A DNA stretch of 64,000 nt, taken from the NCBI GenBank assembly GCA_001600695.1, contig BCKQ01000005.1, positions 264,215-328,214 on the forward strand, in the 5' to 3' direction. The translations under genes and the position numbers were made by a program. This document shows positions 33,674-44,643 of the stretch, one piece after another. Under the pieces are notes generated by a model. That model had not been told where the DNA came from. It searched no databases and saw only the letters and a list, made by a program, of their open reading frames with translations. Source of the stretch: Ascoidea asiatica JCM 7603. Its lineage: Eukaryota > Fungi > Ascomycota. Each line of letters starts with the position of its first letter. The first letter of the stretch is position 1.

Positions 33674-36600
33674 TTAATTTGCTTCAGAATCAGAATTAAA
33701 ACTGAAATTGGAATCAGAAATCATATCATTACCAGGAATAGAAACAGAAAGAGAAACAGAATCCGAATTCAATTCCGAACTAGAATTAGAATTCAAATTG
33801 GAGTTTGAATCACTCTCCAAATCAGATTTCAAATCTGATCTTGAATCCGAATCAGAACTGGAATCTATTGTTTCATTGAAATTTATTCTTTTGGCAAGTA
33901 AATCTAATTCATTTTTCTCTTTATAAATACTTGATGATGGTTTACTAGTCAACTTGAATGGAGTGTTGAATCTACTAAGACTTCCCTTTCTACTGAGCTC
34001 ATTGGTGTTTTCTCTATTTTTATTTTCATAATTTACTGCATTTGATTTTGCCATTGTACCCATTTTATTCTCAGTAAATTTATTCATATTGATATCTCTT
34101 ACATTATCAATTGTGTATATTTTCATATTTGAATTTCTGCTTGGGGTTCTTATCTCTTTCAATGCTCTTTTATAAGGATTAAAATTACTATCTTTTATCT
34201 GGATAATTTCAATTCCATCGGAACTCTCATTATCTTCTGCTAAATCATTAGTTTCATTATCAGCATCATTATCACTATCACTACTACTACTTAAGTCAAT
34301 AAATGAGGCTGTTTCTTTTTCCAGGTTCCCATTTTCATTTTTAATGTCACTATCATATTTATCTTCATTGGTCTCAATTTCATCATCATCGAAGTAATTT
34401 TTCATTTGAATTTCCTTTAGAGACATATCATCTTCCAGTTGTGGCTCATAGCCTTGCTGATATTCGTTTCCTTCTTCATCATCCTCTACATCTGCATCAT
34501 TACCATTATCATTGTTATTATCTTGCTCATTTTCATTTTCACCTTCATGTTCATCATAACTGGCCTTATTATTATAATTATCATCACCATTCCCATATTC
34601 TATATTCTCATCGCTTAAATTACTACTATAACCATCTTCGCTATTATCTGAAATGTCAATAAGACTCTTATTAATTTTTTCATTGTTGACTAATTCATCG
34701 TCAAAGCTTTCATCCAGCGAATCTTCTATGTCAATGATCATTTCTTTTCTTTCAGACTTTTTATATTCATTTTCAAATTTTAGAATACCAGTTGTTTCTT
34801 GGTTTCCTATGGTTTCCTTAAACTCTCTAATTTCTTTGTCTTTACTGATATTTTTTATCCGTTCAATTTTAGCAATATCTTTAACTTTTTTAATATCTTC
34901 CCCATCATTCATTTCTACCATAACTCCTTTCTTTTTAGTTTCTTCAAAGCCAGCTTTTTCTTTGATTTCGCTAAGTTTTTCAATATCCTCGATAAGTTCA
35001 ATTTCACCCTCGTCATAATCATCTTCTTCATCAAAATTTATATTTTGGCTCTTTCCTATAGCAATAATTTCCTTTTCAAATTCTTTCAAAATACACGTAA
35101 CTTTTGGAAATATATCTCTTCTAGCAACTCTTGTTTTCACATATGAGTTTCCCATTGGGTTTTTAACATTAATGCTGTTATTAACATTATTCAGACTAAT
35201 ATTACCATTTCCAATATTTGCATTGATGATATTATTTTCAATATTAACAGCTTTTTCTTTGATTATATTATTTTCCTTTTCATAATTGCGTTCTTTGAAA
35301 TTGTAAAATAACTTTAAATATAATCCAATAAAAGTGTCATCAATAAATGAAGTAGTGGAAAATCCGTTATTCATTCTTCTAATATTACTAACTTCATAAA
35401 GCATGTAATACAAAATTCCTTTCTTGGGTTTATTCATTTCTTTTCCAAAATTTTCTTTCAAATAGTTGAAAAAATTATGACTTTCTTTGATAAATTCTCC
35501 ATAATTTAAGCTTGGGACAATTTTTTCCGTGTAATTTTTTTCAATTTTAGATTTTTTTCGAATAAGTTGGCAAGTAACATTACATGCATATTCCCAAACT
35601 TGCAATTGTTTGACCATACTACTTCCAAATCTCCTCAACTTTTTTAATAATTCAATCAATAACTTCAAATCTTTACTTTCTTCTAATAGTTTGATATAAA
35701 AATCAATATATTCAAATACATAAACAAAATGTTTTCCTGGCCTTTCATTTTCGGGCTTCCAAATTGGAACCAAATTTTTTGAACTCTGCTTCAAAGATAT
35801 AATATGCCCCATTTCTTCTTTACACCTTTTCACATCTTTGAAATTATTAAAAATGATTTTTGCAATCTTTACCCTTGGTTTATGATGCCATTTCCTTTTA
35901 TCTATTGAAATTATTTTGAACAATACTTCAATACATAGGTTAGAGAATCTCTCAAAAGTTTTAATTTTTGCAATTTTTTCTTCTTTAAAGTCTAATTGAT
36001 AAAATTTATTATTCTTTTTTAAAAATGATATTGCAGCCTGAATGCTAATTTTTTTATTTTCCACATACTTATATAACTGAGAACATAATCTATAATGGGG
36101 TTCAATAATCGGATCTGAGGCTGAGCAGTTCTTAGTAGCTAAATGACATGATTTCAATAAGTTTTCTAATACTACACCGGTATTTTCCCCTAACTTACTC
36201 TGAACTTTCGAAACATAATAATAATTTAGCCATAATTTAGGCTTTAATTTAATACCCCAACAAAATGACATATATATCAATTTGAGTAAAGCTTTATAAT
36301 TAATCGGCTTTTCATAATGTGTTTCATAAAATCCATTAGAACCTGAAAAGATTTTAGGTTTAGTTGTAATCCTAAAGCATAACCTATCCATTGGCTGCAT
36401 GCATGCATTATATAATTCCTTGGCAAATGATATCCATAAAACGGTTATCATCTCATTAGCTCTTAATTTCTCCTTTTCGGAAGAATTAACAAAAATACTT
36501 ACTGCCATTAAATAACATAGAAGCGATTTTTTTTGCAAAATCGCTGTATTATTCTTCTTTTCACTATTTAACTTATCAGAAGTCCAAATCAAATCATCTT

Positions 36601-39600
36601 CCACAAGATGACCGTAAGATTGTCCAAGTAAAATCCAAGATTCCATTCTATTAGTCCCCATACAAAGATCGGATTTAAACATTTTAATTACAAAATCTAG
36701 CTCTGCTGATCTGCCTTGCTGACTCCTTTTTCGAAGTTTAAAAAGCATCAATGACACAACACCCTGACAATAATATAATCCATTCATAGCACAACTATAA
36801 GTATCAATCTTTATGGAAGGCAAATTAATAAAAGATAATCCATAAAAGCTTTTTCTGATTATTTCTAAATCAATTGACCGATCAAGATATGAGTTTATAG
36901 TAGCGTATGCTCTAGCCACATTTTCGTTATTTTCTGGAGGATCACCAATAACTTTATAAAACTCTTCCACGACACTTTTCAAATCATTCCTAGGATTGTT
37001 TATGTATGGATCCTTTTTCTCAAAAGCAATTTTTAAAATAAAAGGACTAAGATATAAGGCTGAATTTCTGTCAATTTCATTATAAATGGTTTTATGGTCG
37101 TCCACCCGGAAAGAATCCATTGAGAATTCCAAATGAAACCTACAACTTAATAACTGTATCAAATGGTTTTCTCGATATGAGTTGAATTTCCAATCTTTGA
37201 GAAGCATATGTTGGAACATATTGAGAAACTTTCCAGAGGAAGAATCACAAAAATAAGCCAATCCAACATAATCATGAATAATATTTAAAAATAAAGATGA
37301 CTCGGTGTTATAGATCACTTTTTGATTTTTCAGCTTCATGTTAGAGTCTAAAGCACTTTTATAGCAAATAAATACAATAATTATGGAGTTTAAAACGATG
37401 TCATAAAACTTTCCTGATGTTCGCTTATATGTATCATCCAATTGTATTTTAGAATCAATGATCGATGCTGCAGATTCATGAAAAATAAATACATAAGAAA
37501 TTCTAAGCAATAGTAAAGTCCATTTGAATGTGTCATTAATCAAAGCTTTAGAATGGAAAGACCAGAAAAACTTCTGAAGATATAGTGTAAATAAATCAAT
37601 AAAGTGAGAATAATTTAAAAGTAATTTGAGTAAAATCGTATTGCCTTTATCCTGCGAAAGCTCAAAAAATTCATCCGAATATAAATATTGATTTATAGTT
37701 TCAATAGTGGTATTGAATATATGCTCAAATGAAGAGCGAAGTTCACCTTCATTTTTAGAGTTTGATTTGAATAAATTCAAGTAAGATTGCTCAAAGAGAA
37801 TTTGTAGAAATTTTAATTTCATCTCTATAGAAGAGCCTTGAATAAATTCTCTCATCTGGATTCTCGAGCTATCATTGAAAAGCATATCTTTACTTTCCGT
37901 ATTTGGAATTAAAATTGAATGCAAACAATCCAAATGCATTTTAGTTTCGTTGGATTCTTTATCAAAAAGCCGAGTGAAGTTAGACAACACACCCAACTTT
38001 GATAGTTGATTATATAAATTCCCAGTCGTGAACATCAAAAAATTCTCATAATTATAATAGGGAATACATATCTCAGAAAACTTATATTTCACTACCAATC
38101 TTTTTATTTCATTAAGGTTATCTTGAACAAATCCACCTTTTTCTTGAGCGGGAGATGCTTGGCTGGAAATATTTGCATGAGCAAAATAACTACTTTCTTT
38201 ATCACGTTGAAAGTTGAATAGAGCCCATTCTAATCTTAGGAGAAGCATACCAAATACCCTTGACTCCATAAATGGATGCAAAAACAAAAATGAATTTACA
38301 TTTTTGATCCATTTTTCAACTCTTATATTGAAAAAAGACCTTTTTTTGATAAGAATTGACATAATGTAATGATTTCTTGAAAACGATTGAGCCCCTTTCG
38401 AAAATTCATTAATTTTTCTTGAAAACCCTAAAAATTGGTCTATCAAAAGCTCTGCAATTGAAACAGAGACAGCTAAATACGAAAGTAATTCTTCTTGTAA
38501 TATTTTGAACCGTGCTCTTTTTGAATCCAGTTTGATTTGGCCTGGAACTAATGCAACCGAAAAATTTTTCATGTCATTGTAAATAATATTATCATAATAA
38601 TCGATATATTGACATATATATTTGTAGAGTAACTTTTTTTCACTTGAAATTCCAGAATGAGATAAATCAACACTCACAATTAAGAAATAATATTCATTTT
38701 CAATAACAGTATAACTTTTTAGTAAGTAATAGATAAGAGAGAGTCTCAATTGGAACAAATTAGAGTTTATAGATGATTCTGAAATATTTTTCAAAAATGA
38801 ACGAATAAGAAATTTGTTCTCGAATTGAATGTCTTCTAATAATGATTGCGCCGATCCAACTTCTTTTCTAGTTCGAACGGTAGTCGAATCATCAACAAAA
38901 GAATCCTTAATTTCTTGCAATAATGAGGCTGCACTGTCTTTAAATATTTGTCTTTTGTTTGGTTCATTGCTTTTTAAATTAAGAACACTAATGTAGCTCG
39001 TAAAAATTTTTGACTTTTCTTTATTCCATTTTTTTAGACAATTGTTTAATTTTTTGAAAATAGCATTAGATTTTTTGATGATGGTTTGTATAGTCGGGGA
39101 GATATCTTCTCTAATGTTAATTGTAGATGAACGAGAATTTTTCTCTTCATCTTCGAGATATAGATTGACCAAGCTTCTAAATTGCAAAGATGAAATACTT
39201 CTTACTAGACATTTTCTTTTTGCATATCCTTTTTCATCCGTTCTTGTAAATGACTTGCCAAATGAATTTGAATTTTCTCCATCATAATAAAAGTATATTT
39301 TAAGTTTTCTCAAATGATGATCAAATTCTCTCAAAAAATTGGAGTGCAATTCTAAATCTATCTCGGTCAAATAATTTTTTGGACCATCTTTATTTACACG
39401 AAATCTTTTCGAAGATCTTTGGGGTTGGAAATCACTAGATCGTTTATGATTATTATACTCCTGCTTCTTTTGTTGTTGAAGGGAATGGATTTTAAGCATA
39501 CCTTGAAGTTCAGTGTTCTTAAGTGTACGTGTCTTTTCCGAAGGAATTATTATTATCTCATCACCTGTATAGTTAGAAGAGCTGTCAGAATCTAAAGAAA

Positions 39601-41023
39601 TAATTTTTTCATTTTCGGAATCAGATGTGCTTCCCAGAAATTGAAATTCAAAAGAATTTATTGTTCTAGGATTAGAAGATTTTTCGTTTTGAAATAAATA
39701 AGGATCAATATTGCAAAATATAGCTTGTTTGTAATCAAAACTATATGTTTTTTTAATATCGGGATTTGAAATAAACTTCTCGAAACTGGAAACTTTCGTA
39801 TTAAATTTGTTAAAATTGGTATCTCTAAATTCAACAATTGAGTTGTAATTTTTTTCAAGGGAGTCAAATATCGAAAACCAAGATAAGTTTGAAATGGTTG
39901 TTAATATGCTTGAGTTTTGAAAATTGAATTTTTTTTTTTTTCTGAAGGCATCCTTCAATCTTCGTAGAAAAGAGAACTGAGAATCTAAAGCCTTTATAGA
40001 GTCATTATATTTTATATGAATAACTGATCTTTTATTTTCGGAAGTTGAACCCCATTTAAAACCAGAATCATTTATTTCATGAAGCAATAAATCGTATTTA
40101 ACACTGTTTTTTTTAAAATTTGGAAGATTTTTTGAGGCCAAAATATAAGAACTGCAATCTTTCTGATCAATTAATAATTGATATTCTAACGTAAGTCTTG
40201 ACAATTTTTTTATATCAAAATACATAAAAATTTTTAGAAGTAAAGACATTAGTGCTATATCACCATCAGAATATTTCAAAGCTTCCAATAGATGGAAATT
40301 AATTGAATTAAACCTTCTAAATAAATGCAGAACACTCATTTTTGAAATCCCTATTTGCTCAAAGCTACCATCAGATGATTCAGAAGAAATCGATTCCACA
40401 GAGATAGGTAAAGGTTTATCATCTTCGATTTTAATAGCATCTAAGTCTAGTTCTTTTATGGAAGTCTCTTGGGAAATCAACTCATCTAAAATAGTCAAAA
40501 TTTTTGAATCTTCATGCTCAAATTTTAATATAGAAGAAGTCTCAAACATGATATCTTTTTTCTGATTACGATCCAGCACATCTATTTGATTTACTTTTTT
40601 TTTTTTTTTTTCATCTTCATCCTTTTCTTCCTTCCGATTAATAGTAGTTAAGCTATTGGAGTTCAATGCATAATCTTTCCCTACATTAATATCCTGATTT
40701 TGAAGTAAATACCCATTAGATTCAGAAATACTAAGCTCATCTTTTAGTATATGAAAATTCAAAAAACCCTTGTTCCTATGAGTAAGATATCTTAAGTTTT
40801 TGATTGCTGGAGATAAATTTGTGATTGAGTCAGACTTAATGACTTCAAAATCAAATAAAATCAGATAATGCTTCAATGCTTCATCATATTTTTTTAGCCT
40901 TTGAGACTTTAAAGCCAATTGAAAAATTTTATAAGCTTCTTCAATTTGAATCTCGCGAGTGTGTTCTTCAATATCCGAGTTTTGATCACCTTCAGTAATA
41001 TTTACTGCTATAAAAGTGGACAT
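33674..41023 (-). CDS. HIR3: HIR complex subunit Hir3 (CABIN1-like), 2449 aa with long acidic tail
   Basis: EEHTREIQIEEAYKIFQLAL, LRYLTHRNKG, ESWILLGQ.Y..LVEDDL.W, IIEPHYRL, DKRKWHHKPR, IWKPENERPGKHF. Confidence 0.93.
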   Translation of the reverse strand: MSTFIAVNITEGDQNSDIEEHTREIQIEEAYKIFQLALKSQRLKKYDEALKHYLILFDFEVIKSDSITNLSPAIKNLRYLTHRNKGFLNFHILKDELSISESNGYLLQNQDINVGKDYALNSNSLTTINRKEEKDEDEKKKKKVNQIDVLDRNQKKDIMFETSSILKFEHEDSKILTILDELISQETSIKELDLDAIKIEDDKPLPISVESISSESSDGSFEQIGISKMSVLHLFRRFNSINFHLLEALKYSDGDIALMSLLLKIFMYFDIKKLSRLTLEYQLLIDQKDCSSYILASKNLPNFKKNSVKYDLLLHEINDSGFKWGSTSENKRSVIHIKYNDSIKALDSQFSFLRRLKDAFRKKKKFNFQNSSILTTISNLSWFSIFDSLEKNYNSIVEFRDTNFNKFNTKVSSFEKFISNPDIKKTYSFDYKQAIFCNIDPYLFQNEKSSNPRTINSFEFQFLGSTSDSENEKIISLDSDSSSNYTGDEIIIIPSEKTRTLKNTELQGMLKIHSLQQQKKQEYNNHKRSSDFQPQRSSKRFRVNKDGPKNYLTEIDLELHSNFLREFDHHLRKLKIYFYYDGENSNSFGKSFTRTDEKGYAKRKCLVRSISSLQFRSLVNLYLEDEEKNSRSSTINIREDISPTIQTIIKKSNAIFKKLNNCLKKWNKEKSKIFTSYISVLNLKSNEPNKRQIFKDSAASLLQEIKDSFVDDSTTVRTRKEVGSAQSLLEDIQFENKFLIRSFLKNISESSINSNLFQLRLSLIYYLLKSYTVIENEYYFLIVSVDLSHSGISSEKKLLYKYICQYIDYYDNIIYNDMKNFSVALVPGQIKLDSKRARFKILQEELLSYLAVSVSIAELLIDQFLGFSRKINEFSKGAQSFSRNHYIMSILIKKRSFFNIRVEKWIKNVNSFLFLHPFMESRVFGMLLLRLEWALFNFQRDKESSYFAHANISSQASPAQEKGGFVQDNLNEIKRLVVKYKFSEICIPYYNYENFLMFTTGNLYNQLSKLGVLSNFTRLFDKESNETKMHLDCLHSILIPNTESKDMLFNDSSRIQMREFIQGSSIEMKLKFLQILFEQSYLNLFKSNSKNEGELRSSFEHIFNTTIETINQYLYSDEFFELSQDKGNTILLKLLLNYSHFIDLFTLYLQKFFWSFHSKALINDTFKWTLLLLRISYVFIFHESAASIIDSKIQLDDTYKRTSGKFYDIVLNSIIIVFICYKSALDSNMKLKNQKVIYNTESSLFLNIIHDYVGLAYFCDSSSGKFLNMFQHMLLKDWKFNSYRENHLIQLLSCRFHLEFSMDSFRVDDHKTIYNEIDRNSALYLSPFILKIAFEKKDPYINNPRNDLKSVVEEFYKVIGDPPENNENVARAYATINSYLDRSIDLEIIRKSFYGLSFINLPSIKIDTYSCAMNGLYYCQGVVSLMLFKLRKRSQQGRSAELDFVIKMFKSDLCMGTNRMESWILLGQSYGHLVEDDLIWTSDKLNSEKKNNTAILQKKSLLCYLMAVSIFVNSSEKEKLRANEMITVLWISFAKELYNACMQPMDRLCFRITTKPKIFSGSNGFYETHYEKPINYKALLKLIYMSFCWGIKLKPKLWLNYYYVSKVQSKLGENTGVVLENLLKSCHLATKNCSASDPIIEPHYRLCSQLYKYVENKKISIQAAISFLKKNNKFYQLDFKEEKIAKIKTFERFSNLCIEVLFKIISIDKRKWHHKPRVKIAKIIFNNFKDVKRCKEEMGHIISLKQSSKNLVPIWKPENERPGKHFVYVFEYIDFYIKLLEESKDLKLLIELLKKLRRFGSSMVKQLQVWEYACNVTCQLIRKKSKIEKNYTEKIVPSLNYGEFIKESHNFFNYLKENFGKEMNKPKKGILYYMLYEVSNIRRMNNGFSTTSFIDDTFIGLYLKLFYNFKERNYEKENNIIKEKAVNIENNIINANIGNGNISLNNVNNSINVKNPMGNSYVKTRVARRDIFPKVTCILKEFEKEIIAIGKSQNINFDEEDDYDEGEIELIEDIEKLSEIKEKAGFEETKKKGVMVEMNDGEDIKKVKDIAKIERIKNISKDKEIREFKETIGNQETTGILKFENEYKKSERKEMIIDIEDSLDESFDDELVNNEKINKSLIDISDNSEDGYSSNLSDENIEYGNGDDNYNNKASYDEHEGENENEQDNNNDNGNDADVEDDEEGNEYQQGYEPQLEDDMSLKEIQMKNYFDDDEIETNEDKYDSDIKNENGNLEKETASFIDLSSSSDSDNDADNETNDLAEDNESSDGIEIIQIKDSNFNPYKRALKEIRTPSRNSNMKIYTIDNVRDINMNKFTENKMGTMAKSNAVNYENKNRENTNELSRKGSLSRFNTPFKLTSKPSSSIYKEKNELDLLAKRINFNETIDSSSDSDSRSDLKSDLESDSNSNLNSNSSSELNSDSVSLSVSIPGNDMISDSNFSFNSDSEAN

Positions 41024-41736
41024 TTTGAATTGTAAATCATAATTTATATAGATATCATTAAGGAAAATAATTTAATCTATTAGAAAAACTTTTGTTTAAT
41101 GGATTACGATATTTTAATCAGAATAATCAAATTGATTTTATTGTTATCAAAACAAACACAGATATTTTGATAATCATAAAAACTAACTGCTTCAATATTC
41201 GTAGGCCAGCCAGAGTAAATTATTACTGATAACTTTAGGTCACTTAACTTGGCTGGCTTCAATTCCTGGACACGGATCACTCTAAAAGCAAAGAAAATTT
41301 AGGACATACGCTCAACGTTGTTACGCTTTACTAGAAATTATGGCTCTTATTTATTTTTTAGCCTCTACTTGTAACAGTTCATTTTTGGTGCAAAACATCA
41401 TTTTATTTCATCGATGCCTGGTAAATAACAACAGTCGTAAGTCTAGTTTTTAAAATATTGTTCTACGAAAATAGATTTTGCTTTCTTTGATCATTTAAGT
41501 TATTTCAATTCCTATAAAGAGCAAAATATTTTTCGCTTCAATGTCTTCACTAGTTTGTTTTCAAAAAATTTAGAATTACAGTAACTCCACTAGTAACAAT
41601 AAAAATAATAAGTAACAACATTACCAATAGCAATACCAGCAACAATAATAATATAACAATAATACTAATTTGGTATTAATAGAAATTATTTATTAGAATC
41701 TCACTGCTTTATTGCATACATATTCTGGTTAAAAAA

Positions 41737-44343
41737 ATGAATAATAATGGCAAAAAAGAAACTAGATTCAATACAATCCCTTCTATCATTGAAAATGTTA
41801 TAATTTCTTCCTCGGAAGATGAAGTTGACGAAGAAAATTCATTTGTTGACAAATTTAGAACTCCGAGATATAGAGTAATAACTAAACCTGAAAGTTATAA
41901 CACTAATGATAATAATATAATTAGACCGAATGATCCAATATCACCTTCCGATAATACCTTTTTACCTGCTTTCAAAAAAAGACCTTTAAGTGATACACCT
42001 TTTGGTTCAAGAAGTTCCTCTCCTACGCAGTTACATATGGGTGATCTTAGCAATAATTATATTGATCCTCATAATGATAATGACAGTGGAAATGATAGTG
42101 ATAGTGATAATGACAACGATAATGGTGATAATGATAATATTGCTAATACTAAATTCACTAACAAAAATATATCCAGCGGTAAAAGGAATCAAGATATAAT
42201 ACTTGAAAAAGATCAAATATCTTCTTTAACTGAAGAGTTTCCAATTCTAAAGCTGGAAACTTCTTCTATTGGTGAAAATAAAAATCTTAGTCAAATTAAA
42301 AAATTTGAAAAAATTAATAATATATTAAATGAACAGCTAACAACAAAATCAAAGCATACACGGCGAGCAACAACTTTAGATGTGCCTGGATTAACGAAGT
42401 CAAAAACTTCTCCAGATGGGACAATTGCAAATTTGGATATTGGATCAAAACTAGTAATTGTGATGGTTGGTCTTCCTGCGAGAGGAAAATCTTACATAAC
42501 CAATAAATTAACAAGATATCTTAATTGGTCCCAGCACAACTGCAGAGTATTTAATGTTGGTAACACTAGAAGAAAAGCGGATTCAATGCATTTGGGCCCT
42601 GCTCAAAAGCCATTGAGCGATAATAATACCCCTTCTCCTCCGTCATATATCAATCTCAAACCTGCAGAAAATGTTTCAAAATCCCCAAGTACAACTCATG
42701 ATGCATCGTTTTTTTCCCCTTCTAATAAAAAAAATAAAAAAATCAGAGAAAAATGGGCAATGGATACTTTAGATCAACTACTTGATTATATTATTGATGG
42801 ACCTGGTTCTGTTGGTATATTTGATGCTACAAATACAACCAAATTAAGAAGAAAAAAAATATTAAAAAAAATTTCTTCTAGGTCTAATAATCAATTGAAG
42901 GTATTATTTTTGGAAAGTATATGTGATGATCCTTCACTTTTACAAAAAAATATGAGACTAAAATTATCCGGTCCAGATTATAAAAATATGGATCCTACCC
43001 AAGCTTTAAAAGATTTTACTGAAAGATTACAAAATTATGAAAAGGCTTATCAAACTATTGATCAAGAAGAAGAAGATTCCTTTTTAAATACAAATTATCA
43101 ATATATCAAGATGATAAATGTTGGTAGAAAAATTATTTCATTTAATATAAATGGATTTTTGGCTTCTCAAACAGTCTATTTTCTTTTAAATTTCAATTTA
43201 TCTGAAAGAATGATATGTATTACAAGACATGGTGAATCCATTGACAATGCCAAAGGAAAAATTGGTGGAGATTCAAGCTTGACCCCAAGGGGTTTATTAT
43301 TTTCGAAAGCTTTGGATAAATTCATGAGATATAAGAAAGAAGAATTTCATAAGAAACAATTAGAAAATTTCAAACATCAATTAATTCACAGCATCAAGTT
43401 CTCTAGAGAATTATTAAATGGGAAAAATTCTGAGGAAAATAAATTACCTCAAGAACCGACTTTTTCTGTTTGGACAAGTATGCTTAAAAGATCAATCGAA
43501 ACGGCCCAATTTTTCAATGAAAATGACTTTTTTATAAAGGAAATGAAAATGTTAGATGAGCTAGGAGCAGGAAAAATGGATGGCTTAACTTATTCTGAAA
43601 TTCAAAGTTTGTATCCAGATGAATTTCAGTCCAGAATTGAAAATAAAATGACTTATAGATACCCAGGATTAGGAGGAGAATCTTACTTAGACGTGATAAA
43701 TCGATTAAAGCCTGTTATTACAGAAATTGAAAGATCTGAAGACCATATTATGATAATTTCACATCGGGTTGTCTGTCGTATTTTATTGGCCTATTTTATG
43801 AATTTGGATAAAGCAGAAGTTGGAAGATTAGATATTCCGTTACATAGTTGTTATGTTTTGACACCCAAACCATATGGTGTTGACTGGGAGCTATATGAGT
43901 TCAATGAGAATAACTATAATATCAATAATAACGATAATTCTTCACTGGGCTTTGAAAAGGTTGATAAATTTAAATATACTAGATTGTTGAAGCAGGTCTC
44001 TATCAATTATAATGAAAAAAGGAAATATTCAGTTGTTCCTACCTTGCCCCTTTCTTCTGTTAAAAAGGAATTACTAAGTGTTTCAAATGGAAGCAGTGAT
44101 GGTAATAGCAGTTTTTGCCCAACTCCAGAAGGAATTCAAACTCCAGCTATGATTTTTAATAGGCAGCGTCAAAATGCTTTGCCAGATAGAGGTAGAAATA
44201 CTCAACTTAAATTCAATGGTTTGCAAAGTGTATTTGGGCGTTTGGAACAAGTACGGAAATCTGTATCTCCTCCAGGTTCAAAATTGAGTCAGTTGACTGA
44301 AAGATTGCAAAAATTGCAAAAGGAGCAGGAAAAATTGCCATAA
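41737..44343 (+). CDS. PFK26: 6-phosphofructo-2-kinase (Pfk26-type), possibly bifunctional
   Basis: RRATTLDVPGLTKSKTSPDG, MVGLPARGKS P-loop, VGIFDATNTT, and a C-terminal phosphatase domain with RHG. Confidence 0.93.
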   Translation: MNNNGKKETRFNTIPSIIENVIISSSEDEVDEENSFVDKFRTPRYRVITKPESYNTNDNNIIRPNDPISPSDNTFLPAFKKRPLSDTPFGSRSSSPTQLHMGDLSNNYIDPHNDNDSGNDSDSDNDNDNGDNDNIANTKFTNKNISSGKRNQDIILEKDQISSLTEEFPILKLETSSIGENKNLSQIKKFEKINNILNEQLTTKSKHTRRATTLDVPGLTKSKTSPDGTIANLDIGSKLVIVMVGLPARGKSYITNKLTRYLNWSQHNCRVFNVGNTRRKADSMHLGPAQKPLSDNNTPSPPSYINLKPAENVSKSPSTTHDASFFSPSNKKNKKIREKWAMDTLDQLLDYIIDGPGSVGIFDATNTTKLRRKKILKKISSRSNNQLKVLFLESICDDPSLLQKNMRLKLSGPDYKNMDPTQALKDFTERLQNYEKAYQTIDQEEEDSFLNTNYQYIKMINVGRKIISFNINGFLASQTVYFLLNFNLSERMICITRHGESIDNAKGKIGGDSSLTPRGLLFSKALDKFMRYKKEEFHKKQLENFKHQLIHSIKFSRELLNGKNSEENKLPQEPTFSVWTSMLKRSIETAQFFNENDFFIKEMKMLDELGAGKMDGLTYSEIQSLYPDEFQSRIENKMTYRYPGLGGESYLDVINRLKPVITEIERSEDHIMIISHRVVCRILLAYFMNLDKAEVGRLDIPLHSCYVLTPKPYGVDWELYEFNENNYNINNNDNSSLGFEKVDKFKYTRLLKQVSINYNEKRKYSVVPTLPLSSVKKELLSVSNGSSDGNSSFCPTPEGIQTPAMIFNRQRQNALPDRGRNTQLKFNGLQSVFGRLEQVRKSVSPPGSKLSQLTERLQKLQKEQEKLP

Positions 44344-44435
44344 AAAATACTTATTGAATAATAATGAGATTTTATAATTTTTTTTTATTTTCATTAAATT
44401 AATGATATATATCAAAAGGGACCTCGCTTAAGCAT

Positions 44436-44589
44436 GGGCTTAATATGAATCAGACAGAATATGCGTATAGATATTTTAACTCTGATATCGGCTTTCATCT
44501 AAATAAAAAAATCGGAGTCTCCTGAACTTGAAAAAACCCATAGTATTAAAAAAAAGAAGCAGTTAATGTAAGCCAGATATACTAAGCCC
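44436..44589 (-). other. Nested inverted-repeat element; candidate structured RNA between the convergent PFK26 and FMP40 3' ends
   Basis: Minus strand: GGGCTTAGTAT/ATATTAAGCCC (11 bp, one G-U), ATATCTGGCTTACAT/ATGAAAGCCGATAT (13 bp, one bulge, one mismatch), CAGAGT/ATTCTG (6 bp, one G-U). Confidence 0.4.
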
Positions 44590-44643
44590 TTTTTTGCTGG
44601 TTTATCAATGGTAAATCGAATGATCTTTCGAAGAGTTAAACTT

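Noticed and set aside
44440-44500. SECIS element downstream of SelO/FMP40 (ATGA...TGA on the minus strand)
   Set aside because: The helix between the putative GA quartets does not pair, there is no in-frame TGA at the terminal motif, and budding yeasts are not known to have selenocysteine machinery.
44458-44602. U4 snRNA-like words (TACGCATAT, TTTTTGCTGGTT)
   Set aside because: The two words are on opposite strands and the rest of U4, including the Sm site in the right place, is missing.
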